A stretch of 64,000 nt of DNA from positions 896,001 to 960,000 of the forward strand of contig CAVVUN010000015.1 in the NCBI GenBank assembly GCA_963751455.1, read 5' to 3'. Each line of letters opens with the position of its first letter. Position 1 is the first letter of the stretch. This stretch comes from Nitrospirota bacterium (lineage in GTDB: Bacteria; Nitrospirota; UBA9217). Below, piece by piece: positions 19,944 to 29,146 of the stretch. The notes beneath the pieces are model-generated. The model was given only the letters and a program-made list of their open reading frames with translations. It did no database searches and had not been told where the DNA came from. Position numbers and translations under genes: made by a program.

Positions 19944-20630
19944 TTGAAAGTCGTTATCATACAAAACGTCACCGTTGAAAGCCCGGGCACGATCGAGCAT
20001 TATCTTCAGGATGAAAACATAGCATATTCAATTGTCGATCTCGGCAAGGGAGACGCTGTACCCGGACCTGACGAGTTTACCCATATCGTTCTCATGGGCG
20101 GGCCTATGGCGGTCTACGAGATGGACCGTTATCCTCAGCTCAGGGAAGAAGCGGTATTGATCAGGCGTGCGATTTTAAGTAACAGGCATGTTCTCGGGGT
20201 ATGCCTGGGCGCGCAGATGGTGGCGCATGCGCTGGGCGCGCGGGTGTATCCGGGAGCCCGGAAGGAGATCGGATGGTATGACGTCACGCTGACTTCCGAA
20301 GGAATTAAGGACGATGTCATGGCATGCCTGGCCATTGACTCCCAAAACAGGGCAAAGGTGTTTCAGTGGCACGGTGACACGTTCGATTTTCCCAGCGGCG
20401 CGGTTCCGCTTGCATCGTCGGACCTCTATCCGAACCAGGCATTTCGTTATTCGGACAGAGTATACGCGCTTCAGTTCCATATCGAAGTGACCCCCGATAT
20501 CGTGTTGAACTGGCTTAAAGACGAAAAGGGAATAGACCTGAGCAGCATCCATGCGGAATCGAACGCAATCTACGATCCATATCGGATACGTGCCAATAAC
20601 TTTTACCGGAAATTTTTCAGCGGGAAATGA
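19944..20630 (+). CDS. Type 1 glutamine amidotransferase (GMP synthase-like)
   Basis: MGGPM, GVCLGAQ, FQWHGDTF, LQFHIE. Confidence 0.9.
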   Translation: MKVVIIQNVTVESPGTIEHYLQDENIAYSIVDLGKGDAVPGPDEFTHIVLMGGPMAVYEMDRYPQLREEAVLIRRAILSNRHVLGVCLGAQMVAHALGARVYPGARKEIGWYDVTLTSEGIKDDVMACLAIDSQNRAKVFQWHGDTFDFPSGAVPLASSDLYPNQAFRYSDRVYALQFHIEVTPDIVLNWLKDEKGIDLSSIHAESNAIYDPYRIRANNFYRKFFSGK

Positions 20631-21139
20631 GCTCGAGTTTGCGTATTCATTCAACAATGGTCCAATATTCTCATAATCAAACCATGGTCCAAAATGTTTT
20701 ATCTGTCCTTGCGGGAGCGGTCGTCTTTTTCGCTCTTCTGTCGCCGCATAGCGCTTCCGCCCAGGCTGCGTCATCGCCATACCGACTTATCGGTGTAATT
20801 AAGGCCGAAAGCTTTACCGGCGCGGTCCTGGCTGACTCAGCAGGAGGCCAAGTGCTGTACCGTATTTACGATCAGCTGCCGGATGGATCAAAGCTCGTCA
20901 GGGTAGCGAATGACAGTATTTTACTGAAGAGCAACGACGGTGTTTCTTACGAAATATACATAGCGCATGACCGGCTGGTTCCGCCGAATACACCGGTGAA
21001 TGCCGATAGGGTCGTCACGCCCGCTGTGCAGGAAGGCGGCCGGGACGAAAGACGGGCTGTGAGGCCGGAGGCGCGCCCAAGAGACGGTAAAAAAAGAGCG
21101 GACAGGCGGCGTTCCCGTATGGTCGAGGCTGAAGAGTAA
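20627..21139 (+). CDS. GspC HR-domain paralog without PDZ (start uncertain)
   Basis: YRLIGVI..GAVL..LPDGSKLVRV aligns with the GspC HR domain next door. Confidence 0.7.
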   Translation: MSSSLRIHSTMVQYSHNQTMVQNVLSVLAGAVVFFALLSPHSASAQAASSPYRLIGVIKAESFTGAVLADSAGGQVLYRIYDQLPDGSKLVRVANDSILLKSNDGVSYEIYIAHDRLVPPNTPVNADRVVTPAVQEGGRDERRAVRPEARPRDGKKRADRRRSRMVEAEE

Positions 21140-21252
21140 ACAGGCGGTCGAACCCCGTTCAAGTCGCAGAATTAGGACATTATTTTCTCGGTTGCTTGTT
21201 TGATACTTTTGGTCTCTTTATTGAAAAAGGCTTTTCAAATGGCTGTTACTAA

Positions 21253-21281
21253 TTGACAAGGCCTGCTGTTGAGAGTATAAT
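21253..21281 (+). promoter_or_regulatory. Consensus sigma70 promoter of the gsp operon
   Basis: TTGACA-17 nt-TATAAT. Confidence 0.8.
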
Positions 21282-21322
21282 TTTGTAGTTAATTTGGTAT
21301 TAAAAAAGTACAGTATACCTGC

Positions 21323-22147
21323 ATGAAGCCGAATAAGAAGACATACTCATTGGTCCTTGTGGCGCTGTTGACCGTTTCCGCCTATTTTCTTGCGGATACC
21401 GTAGACGCCATGATCGGGAGGAGCCTGGATGCCGCGCCGAAATTCACAACGCCGCTCCAGCGCGACAGGTCCGTTATTGAGCCACGGCGCGAACTGAGCG
21501 ATTATTCTTCCATTCTGGACCGGGGCATTTTCGGGGAGGGCAAGTCCTCCTCTGCCGCTCCGGCCGCCGTCGAAACCACCTTGTATAAACTGATCGGCAC
21601 TGTTGAAGGCGACGTCTTCGCGGGAGCGGTGCTCGAGGACAGCACCGGCCAGGCTTTTTACCGTATTCATCAAACACTTCCGGACGGGTCACAGATCGTC
21701 AAGGTCCTTCAAGACAGGGTAACGCTCAAACGGAGCGACGGCGCAAAATCGGAACTCCAGATCGTGGACGATACAAAAATCGTGAATGTGAACAAGTCCG
21801 CCGGCAACAGCGCCCGGAAGGGTCCGGACGGCAAGTGGTTGCTCGACCAGAGGGAGGTTGCGGCGGGCACGGAAAACCTGAGTCAGCTTCTGACACAGGC
21901 GCGGGCGCTGCCGTACATGGAACAGGGAAAAACCGTAGGGTTCCGGATCAGTGAGATCGTTCCTGGAAGCCTGTACGAAAAGATCGGGTTGCAGAACGGA
22001 GATGTAATCCAGAAGATAAATTCGCAGGAAGTGGATGATCCGGGCAAGTTCTTCCAGATGTACCAGAGCCTGAAAGAGGAGCGGAGCATATCGCTTGACC
22101 TGGTGCGCGCAGGCCAGCGGCAGACGCTGAACTACGAAATCCGTTAA
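21323..22147 (+). CDS. gspC: T2SS protein C (HR and PDZ domains)
   Basis: N-terminal TM, HR domain, PDZ (GFRISEIVPGSLYEKIGLQNGDVI). Confidence 0.88.
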   Translation: MKPNKKTYSLVLVALLTVSAYFLADTVDAMIGRSLDAAPKFTTPLQRDRSVIEPRRELSDYSSILDRGIFGEGKSSSAAPAAVETTLYKLIGTVEGDVFAGAVLEDSTGQAFYRIHQTLPDGSQIVKVLQDRVTLKRSDGAKSELQIVDDTKIVNVNKSAGNSARKGPDGKWLLDQREVAAGTENLSQLLTQARALPYMEQGKTVGFRISEIVPGSLYEKIGLQNGDVIQKINSQEVDDPGKFFQMYQSLKEERSISLDLVRAGQRQTLNYEIR

Positions 22148-22190
22148 GCAATCCAGTCATCGAGCACTCGATACGCGGAAGCACCGCGGC

Positions 22191-22258
22191 AGGGACGAAG
22201 CAATGAGGGACGATTTGTTTCAGGGCATCTTTCGTCCCTCTTCCTTCGTCTTGTCCTT
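22191..22258. repeat. GGACGA/TCGTCC periodic inverted repeat
   Basis: agggacgaag..gagggacga ... ttcgtccctcttccttcgtcttgtcc. Confidence 0.55.
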
Positions 22259-22306
22259 TCAAGCAGTCCGTAACTTGAGCATCTATTCATAATCCGGAGG
22301 ACGATA

Positions 22307-24314
22307 GTGAAAAAACCAGCAGCCCTGCTGCTTCTCGTGCTTGTCACCGCAAGCGGAGTACCTGCCCAGCAGGCGCCTTCCGCCCCTGCCGCCACTCCTG
22401 CTCAGAAACAGGCGGATGTTCCCAAAATCAAGGTCCGCGACGATTTCGTTACGCTGAACTTTACGAACATCGACATCTCCGCCCTTGTCAAGGTAATGAG
22501 CGAGCTTATGGGGCGTAATTTTCTTCTTGATGAACGCGTTACCGGCAAGGTGACGCTTATGACGCCGAAGAAAATATCGCCGGGAGAAGCGTATCAGGTA
22601 TTTCTTTCCGCGCTCGAGTTGAAGGGTTTTACGGCTGTTGACGACGGAAAGATCACCAGGATTATTCCGTCTGCGACGGCCCGCCAGAGCGGGCTCAAGG
22701 TGTACCAGGATGATGATTTTTCAGGCCAGGGATTCGTCACCAAGCTTATCCGGCTGTCGTACGTCAATCCCAATGAAATTGTGCGCACGCTCACGCCGCT
22801 CGTCAGCAAGGACGGGTCGATGATCTCGTACCCGGCAACGAGCTCGATCATCATTACGGAATCCGTCCATAATATCAGAAAAATGGAGAGCCTGATCGGT
22901 GCGCTGGATGTGCCGGCCCCCGAAGGCAGGGGCAAGATCAACGTCTATTACCTGAGGCACGCCAATTCCGAGGATTTTGCGAAGGTAATGTCGGCGCTTG
23001 TTGCGCGGCTGCCGGTACCGCCGCCGGGGGCAGCCCCAGACGGGGCCATCGACCATTCTTGAAGGCCAGGTCACGATCAGTTCGGATAAGGCGACGAACG
23101 CGCTGATCATCGTGGCTTCGCCGGGCGATTTCGAAACCATCAAGGATGTGATCCAGAAGCTGGATATCAGGCGGCGGCAGGTCTACGTCGAGGTCGCGAT
23201 CATAGAAATGAGCCTGAACAAACAGCGGGAACTGGGCTTCGAGTTCCAGGCCGCCAATCTGAACCAGCTCGATAACCCCAACAAGATTACCGCTGTCGGA
23301 GGCACGAATTACGGAACTATCGGGAACGTGGTCTTGAACGGACCCGCCGGACTGGCAGGCTTGAACGGTCTTGCCGTCGGCGCGGTTAAAGGAACATTCA
23401 GGTTCAGGGGCCAGGAATTCCTGAACGTGGGCGCGCTGCTGCGCGCGCTCCAGACGGACAGCGACGTGAACGTGCTTTCGACCCCGAACATTCTAACCAC
23501 GGACAACATGAAGGCAGAGATTATGGTCGGCGAAAACGTGCCCTTTGTAGGGAGCCAGACCCAATCGGCGACTACGGGGGGCGTCCCAACGTACAATATC
23601 GAGCGAAAGGACGTAGGCATCACGCTCAAACTGACGCCGCAGATCACCTCGGATGACAACGTGAAGCTTGATATAAACCAGGAAATTTCATCTATCATTG
23701 CGACAGCAGGGATTAATCCCAACCTGCTCGGACCGAGCACAAGCAAACGTTCCGCAACGACGACCGTCGTGGTCAAGGACCGCGAGACCATGGTCATCGG
23801 CGGCCTCATCCGGGACAATGTAACGTCGTCGACATCGAAGGTCCCGCTCCTGGGCGATATCCCGCTCCTGGGATGGTTCTTCAAATCGAAAACGGCGAGG
23901 GTTGAAAAAACAAACCTTATGATTTTTATTACTCCGTATATCATTAAGAACGAGAACGAGGCTGAGGAAATCACCCGCAGAAAAGGAGAGGGCCTCGAGG
24001 ATTTCCGTAAACAGCACGGGATCGAAAAGAAACGCACCCAGCCGACACTGCTTATGCCCTCACCTTCCGGAGAAATTACCGGTACGACCGGTACAACCGT
24101 GAGCGGAACGGGTACTCCCGTGACCGGAACAACTGGGACGAATGGTACAAGCGGTACGACCGGCACAAACGAGCACAACATGAACAGCAAGGACCTGCAG
24201 TCCGGACCCACGAACACCGGCGAGGTCATTCAATCGGAACCCACGGGTACGGGCGAGTTCATTCAATCTGAACCCACGGGTACGATACCGGACGCCGGGG
24301 AGGGCCAGCGGTGA
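22307..24314 (+). pseudogene. gspD: T2SS secretin D split by a +1 frameshift at G5 (23026-23030); may be a sequencing error
   Basis: ORF 22307-23062 has the signal peptide and N domains; ORF 22998-24314 has the secretin core (QVYVEVAI, KVPLLGDIPLLGWFF). Confidence 0.85.
24219..24284 (+). repeat. Two 33-bp tandem units in the gspD 3' end
   Basis: ggcgag(g/t)tcattcaatc(g/t)gaacccacgggtacg twice, encoding GE(V/F)IQSEPTGT. Confidence 0.9.
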
Positions 24315-25996
24315 GACGGCTGATCGGGGAGATACTGGTCGAGTCAGGGCTTTCCCCGGAGAGACTCAAAAAAGCGCTTGACCTGCAGAAAAAACGGGGA
24401 GGCAGGATCGGCACGCTCCTGGTCCGCCTCGCCTTCGTTACGGAAGAGGACGTGCTGAAGGCGCTCGGCACGCAGCTCGGACTGCCCTTTTTCCCGGATT
24501 TCGGGGACATCGACCGGGAACTCGCCCTCAAACTTCCAATTACGTACGCGAAGAAGGCCGTGGTGCTTCCGCTGCGCCGCGAGAACGGCGCCATCATCGC
24601 CGCCACCGCGGAGCCGCTTTTACTGGGCACCGTGGAAGACCTCCGCGTCCTTTTCGGGTCGGACGTTTCATTCGGTCTCGCTCCCACCGAGAAGATCCTC
24701 GACACCGTCAATCGTCTTCACAGCGAGGACATGAACAAGGCCGAAGACACCGTCCAGCAGATGGAAGAGGACGATCTGTCGTTCCTGGCCGCAGAACTGG
24801 AAGAACCTACCGACCTGCTCGAGGTGACCGACGATGCGCCCATCATCAGGCTCGTAAATTCTCTGCTGTCGCAGGCGATCAGGGAGCGGGCGAGCGACAT
24901 TCATGTGGAGCCGTTCGAGAAAGACGTGATTGCGCGGTTTCGCATCGACGGCATCCTTTACAATATTCTCACCATACAGAAGCGGTACCAGGCCAGCATA
25001 GCGTCGCGCGTCAAGATCATGGCCGGCCTGAACATCGCCGAGAAGCGGCTGCCGCAGGACGGCGGCATGCGGATCAAGATCGGCGGTAAAGACGTCGATA
25101 TCCGCGTATCGATCGTGCCAACGGCATTCGGCGAGCGGATCGTTCTTCGTCTGCTCTACCGGGAGAGCGCTTTGCTCCCGCTCGAAGAGATCGGGTTCGC
25201 GGGAGCGAATCTCGACTCTTTTAACGACCTTATTACCCGGCCGCACGGCATCATACTCGTGACCGGTCCGACGGGAAGCGGCAAGACGACGACGCTGTAT
25301 GCAGCGCTCTCGAAAATCAACTCGCCCGACAAGAACATCATCACCATCGAGGACCCGATCGAGTACCAGTTGAAGGGGATCGGGCAGATCCAGGTGAATT
25401 CAAAGATCAATCTCACGTTTGCGGCCGGGCTCCGGTCGGTGCTCAGACAGGACCCGGATGTCATCCTCGTCGGTGAGATCCGCGACTCCGAGACCGCTGA
25501 GATCGCGATCCAGGCTGCGCTCACCGGCCACCTCGTGTTCTCAACGCTTCATACGAACGACGCCGCGGGCGCCGTTACCCGGCTGATTGATATGAAAATC
25601 GAACCGTTTCTGATCTCGTCCTCCGTCATGGCCATCCTGGCGCAGCGGCTGGTGCGCGTCCTGTGCAAGGAGTGCCGCGAGCCCTACGTGATAACGGACG
25701 CGGAGATTACCGAACTCGAGTTAAAGAACGGCGAAGCGGGAAAGACAGTCTACCGCGCGAAAGGCTGCGAGACCTGCTTCAACACCGGGTACCTTGGCCG
25801 CAAGGCGATCTACGAGCTGCTCCTCGTGGACGACGAGGTCCGCCAACTCATCATGAAAAATTCGGACGCAGCTACGGTCAAGGCGGCTGCCATGCAGAAG
25901 GGTATGCGTACTCTGCGGCAGGACGGCGCAGACAGTATTCTGAACGGCATCACGTCGGTCGACGAGGTGGTGCGCGTGACGCAGAGAGAAGTGTAG
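24311..25996 (+). CDS. gspE: T2SS ATPase E
   Basis: DDAPIIRLVN, GPTGSGKT, LRQDPD, tetracysteine motif; operon position. Confidence 0.95.
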   Translation: MRRLIGEILVESGLSPERLKKALDLQKKRGGRIGTLLVRLAFVTEEDVLKALGTQLGLPFFPDFGDIDRELALKLPITYAKKAVVLPLRRENGAIIAATAEPLLLGTVEDLRVLFGSDVSFGLAPTEKILDTVNRLHSEDMNKAEDTVQQMEEDDLSFLAAELEEPTDLLEVTDDAPIIRLVNSLLSQAIRERASDIHVEPFEKDVIARFRIDGILYNILTIQKRYQASIASRVKIMAGLNIAEKRLPQDGGMRIKIGGKDVDIRVSIVPTAFGERIVLRLLYRESALLPLEEIGFAGANLDSFNDLITRPHGIILVTGPTGSGKTTTLYAALSKINSPDKNIITIEDPIEYQLKGIGQIQVNSKINLTFAAGLRSVLRQDPDVILVGEIRDSETAEIAIQAALTGHLVFSTLHTNDAAGAVTRLIDMKIEPFLISSSVMAILAQRLVRVLCKECREPYVITDAEITELELKNGEAGKTVYRAKGCETCFNTGYLGRKAIYELLLVDDEVRQLIMKNSDAATVKAAAMQKGMRTLRQDGADSILNGITSVDEVVRVTQREV

Positions 25997-26005
25997 CCGC
26001 CAAGC

Positions 26006-26152
26006 GCCAAATAGCAAATACCGCCCTGCACTCGCGACAAGCGCTCGTTACTGCTGGGTGCAAGCAAATCCCAAATTATATTCAAAAAGAGAAATCTCAA
26101 TTTCCAAAACATAGGAATTTGGGTTTGGAGACTGTCATTTGGGAGTTTGATT
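26006..26152. repeat. 7-nt-periodic (CAAATNC) inverted repeat containing a 43-nt GC-rich insert at 26023-26065
   Basis: caaatag-caaatac-[gccctgcac...gtgcaagc]-aaatcc-caaatt ... atttggg arms. Confidence 0.7.
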
Positions 26153-26161
26153 TAAGGATAT

Positions 26162-27379
26162 ATGCCAGTCTACGTATATAAAGGTGTAACCACTCTCGGG
26201 AAAAAAGTCTCCGGTGTCCAGGACGGGGAAGGACTGAAGTCCGTCCGGGCGAAGCTGAAAAAGGACGGGGTTGTCGTACTCGAGATCCACGAAGGAAGCG
26301 GAATCCGGGCCCGGGGATCAAGGGAGTTCAGGCTCGGCGCCGGCAGAGTACGGCTCGGCGACCTGGCAAACGCGACACGGCAGCTGGCGACGCTTCTTTC
26401 CTCGGGCCTTCCGCTCATGGACTCGCTCACAGTGCTCGTGGAGCAGGAGGAAAATCAGGGACTGAAGAGCGCGCTTTCATCGGTTCGGGACGACGTGCGG
26501 GAAGGCGCCTCCCTTGCGGATGCCCTTAAGGCGAATCCGAAGGCATTTTCTCAGCTGTACGTCAACATGGTCTCTGCAGGCGAGGCGAGCGGAACGCTGG
26601 AAATTACGCTTGACCGGCTGGCGGATTTTCTCGAAGAGCAGGTGCGGTTCCGCGGCAAGTTCACCGCCGCACTCGCTTATCCCGTGCTCATGACGATTGT
26701 CGGCGTGGGGGTGCTCTTTTTCCTGTTCAGCTTCGTGCTGCCCCGCGTGGTGGGCATGTTCGACGACATGAAACAGCAGCTTCCGTTTATCACCCTGGCC
26801 CTGCTGGCGCTCGTGAGACTCTTTTCGTCTTTCTGGTGGGCGATCCTGATAGTGTTCGGAGGGACCGCATATTATCTGAGACGGTTCTTCAGTACGCCCG
26901 CGGGAAAAACCCGGCTGGACGAATGGCTCCTGCGGATGCCCGTGTTCGGGACCCTTATCCGGATGATCGCGGTCTCCCGTTTTACCAGAACACTCGGAAC
27001 GCTGCTGGAGAGCGGCGTGCCTGCGCTGACCGCGCTCGATATCGTCAAAAACGTTATCGGCAACTCGGTGCTTGCCGATGCCGTGCATAAGGCGCGCGAG
27101 AACGTGCGGGAAGGCGAGCCGATTGCCGATCCGCTGAGGAGAAGCGGGCTGTTCCCCCCGGTCGTGGTCCAGATGGTCGCCGTGGGCGAAAAGAGCGGTG
27201 AACTCGAAAAGATGCTTCTAAAGATATCCGATTCCTTCGACCGCACAGTGGAAACGCGGATCACGGCGCTTATGTCGCTTCTCGAGCCTGTTATCATTCT
27301 TGCGATGGGCTTGATTGTCGGATTTATCGTGATTGCAATCATGCTGCCGATACTCCAGATGAGTTCGGGAGTGAGGTAA
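26162..27379 (+). CDS. gspF: T2SS inner-membrane platform protein F
   Basis: TRQLATLL, GEASG, ALAYP, GEKSGEL, LEPVII. Confidence 0.95.
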   Translation: MPVYVYKGVTTLGKKVSGVQDGEGLKSVRAKLKKDGVVVLEIHEGSGIRARGSREFRLGAGRVRLGDLANATRQLATLLSSGLPLMDSLTVLVEQEENQGLKSALSSVRDDVREGASLADALKANPKAFSQLYVNMVSAGEASGTLEITLDRLADFLEEQVRFRGKFTAALAYPVLMTIVGVGVLFFLFSFVLPRVVGMFDDMKQQLPFITLALLALVRLFSSFWWAILIVFGGTAYYLRRFFSTPAGKTRLDEWLLRMPVFGTLIRMIAVSRFTRTLGTLLESGVPALTALDIVKNVIGNSVLADAVHKARENVREGEPIADPLRRSGLFPPVVVQMVAVGEKSGELEKMLLKISDSFDRTVETRITALMSLLEPVIILAMGLIVGFIVIAIMLPILQMSSGVR

Positions 27380-27389
27380 GAATTAATTT

Positions 27390-27553
27390 TAGCCACAGAT
27401 GAACGCGGGTGAACACAGATAAGGACGGAAACCACGGGAGCTTCGCTCACACGGGCTTCGCGTCACGGTAAAAAATAAAGCCTGCTTTTGCTTTAAAACC
27501 GGGAATTTTATCTGTGTGTGCGGCGGAGCCGCACCCGTGTTTATCCGTGGTTA
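27390..27553. repeat. 10-nt-periodic inverted repeat element (empty counterpart of the GxxExxY cassette)
   Basis: tagccacagatgaacgcgggtgaacacagat ... atctgtgtgtgcggcggagccgcacccgtgtttatccgtggtta. Confidence 0.8.
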
Positions 27554-27576
27554 CAAATGCATTTAGGAGGTTGTTC

Positions 27577-28008
27577 ATGAAGAATCAGAAAGGTTTTACC
27601 CTAATCGAGATCATGGTCGTGGTCATTATCCTCGGTCTTCTCGCGGGGCTGGTGCTGCCCAGGATCCTCGGGCAGGAGGAAAAGGCGAAGGTCGAGTCTG
27701 CCAAGGTGCAGATCCGGTCGCTTGAAGACGCGCTGGATGCATACAAGCTCGACAACGGCTTCTATCCGACAACGGACCAGGGCCTGGAGGCCCTGATTAA
27801 AAAACCCGAAGCAGGACGGGTCCCGGTAAAATGGCGCGAAGGCGGTTACCTGAAACCCGCTCGGATTCCGAAGGACCCCTGGAGCAAGGATTTTGTATTT
27901 CTTTCTCCGGGAAACGAAGGCCGGGAGTATGATATCGTCTCTTACGGTGCAGACAATGAGCCGGGAGGCGAAGGCAACAATGCGGACATTGAAAGCTGGA
28001 AAATGTAG
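27577..28008 (+). CDS. gspG: T2SS major pseudopilin G
   Basis: MKNQKG|FTLIE, YPTTDQGLEAL, PKDPW, SYGAD; RBS AGGAGG. Confidence 0.96.
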   Translation: MKNQKGFTLIEIMVVVIILGLLAGLVLPRILGQEEKAKVESAKVQIRSLEDALDAYKLDNGFYPTTDQGLEALIKKPEAGRVPVKWREGGYLKPARIPKDPWSKDFVFLSPGNEGREYDIVSYGADNEPGGEGNNADIESWKM

Positions 28009-28684
28009 TAAGTATCATTGCGGAATAGAGGTCGAGACAAAAATCCGAAATCCGAAATTCGCTTGCACCCAGTCGGTTACGAGTGCGGCAGCGCGAGCCT
28101 GCGCCCAACGAATTCGAGTGCGTCCGCGCGAGAGTCCGGGTGTGCAGGGCGAAATCCGAAATAGGAAGGGTTTTACCCTCATCGAGCTTGCTGTCGTAAT
28201 CGCGATACTGGGCATTATGATCGCTCTGGTTGCGCCGCGGATGGGCGAACTCGGTGAAGCGAATTTGAAGCGAAGCGCCAGGCACCTGACGGGCATGATC
28301 CGCTTTCTTCACGATGAGGCCCAGGCAAAAAAGACAGAGTATCGCCTTACCTTCGACGTGCCGGGTGGTCATTACTGGGCGGAGACGTGGGTATACACGG
28401 ATGACGTGGCAGGATCGGGTGATAAACCCGCATTCAGAACCAGGGAGCTCAAGCGTTATCAGTCGGCTATTGCCGGAGAAGGATCTCTTTCTGGTGAGAC
28501 TAAATTTCGCGACATTGTCGTAGCGAGCCATCCAGACGATGCTTACATGCTGTTCACACCCGATGGCTGGGTCGAGCACGCGCTCATTCATCTCCGGGAC
28601 GGCAGCGACCGCGATTTTACGCTGGTTGTGAAACCGCTTACCGGCGCTACCGAACTCCGTGAAGGGTATGTGGAGGAACGGTAA
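27980..28684 (+). CDS. gspH: Minor pseudopilin H with repeat-expanded leader (alternative GTG start at 28142)
   Basis: G|FTLIELAVV; MRTLKAG start overlapping the gspG end. Confidence 0.8.
   Translation: MRTLKAGKCSKYHCGIEVETKIRNPKFACTQSVTSAAARACAQRIRVRPRESPGVQGEIRNRKGFTLIELAVVIAILGIMIALVAPRMGELGEANLKRSARHLTGMIRFLHDEAQAKKTEYRLTFDVPGGHYWAETWVYTDDVAGSGDKPAFRTRELKRYQSAIAGEGSLSGETKFRDIVVASHPDDAYMLFTPDGWVEHALIHLRDGSDRDFTLVVKPLTGATELREGYVEER
28061..28150 (+). repeat. 45-nt element with a second 45-nt element nested inside (28097-28141)
   Basis: Outer parts match 29293-29337 at 43 of 45 nt; inserted into AAATCCG 7-mers. Confidence 0.8.
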
Positions 28685-28687
28685 ATA

Positions 28688-29146
28688 ATGGACGCCGGGA
28701 AGAGAAGACGCGGTGAGGAGGAAAGGGAGAATACATCCGATTCTATGATTTTTATTCGTCCTTCGTCCTTCGTCCCTCGCCACACGACGGGTTTCACGCT
28801 CCTCGAAGTGATGATTGCGGTCTCAATCCTGGCCATCGTTCTGGTCTCGCTTCTGGGGTTGAAGAGCAGAAGCACGCAGAATGTAATGATGTCGGAGCGT
28901 ATTACAACAGCCACGCTTCTTGCGAAGAGGGAGATGACCGAAATGCTTCAAAATGCGGCATCCCGGCCGAAAGAAAATGAGTCGGAAGGCGAGTTTGAGG
29001 AAGAGGAATTCAGGGACTATTCCTGGAAAAAGACTATAGCGACCATGACGCCGCTCCAAAATGTACAGATTACTGAAATTAAAGTGGCGGTTCTCTGGAA
29101 GGAAGGCGAACGCCAAGAGATGGTTGAACTGGTGAGCTATGAATGA
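28688..29146 (+). CDS. gspI: Minor pseudopilin I
   Basis: G|FTLLEVMIAVSIL; leader contains (TTCGTCC)n. Confidence 0.88.
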   Translation: MDAGKRRRGEEERENTSDSMIFIRPSSFVPRHTTGFTLLEVMIAVSILAIVLVSLLGLKSRSTQNVMMSERITTATLLAKREMTEMLQNAASRPKENESEGEFEEEEFRDYSWKKTIATMTPLQNVQITEIKVAVLWKEGERQEMVELVSYE

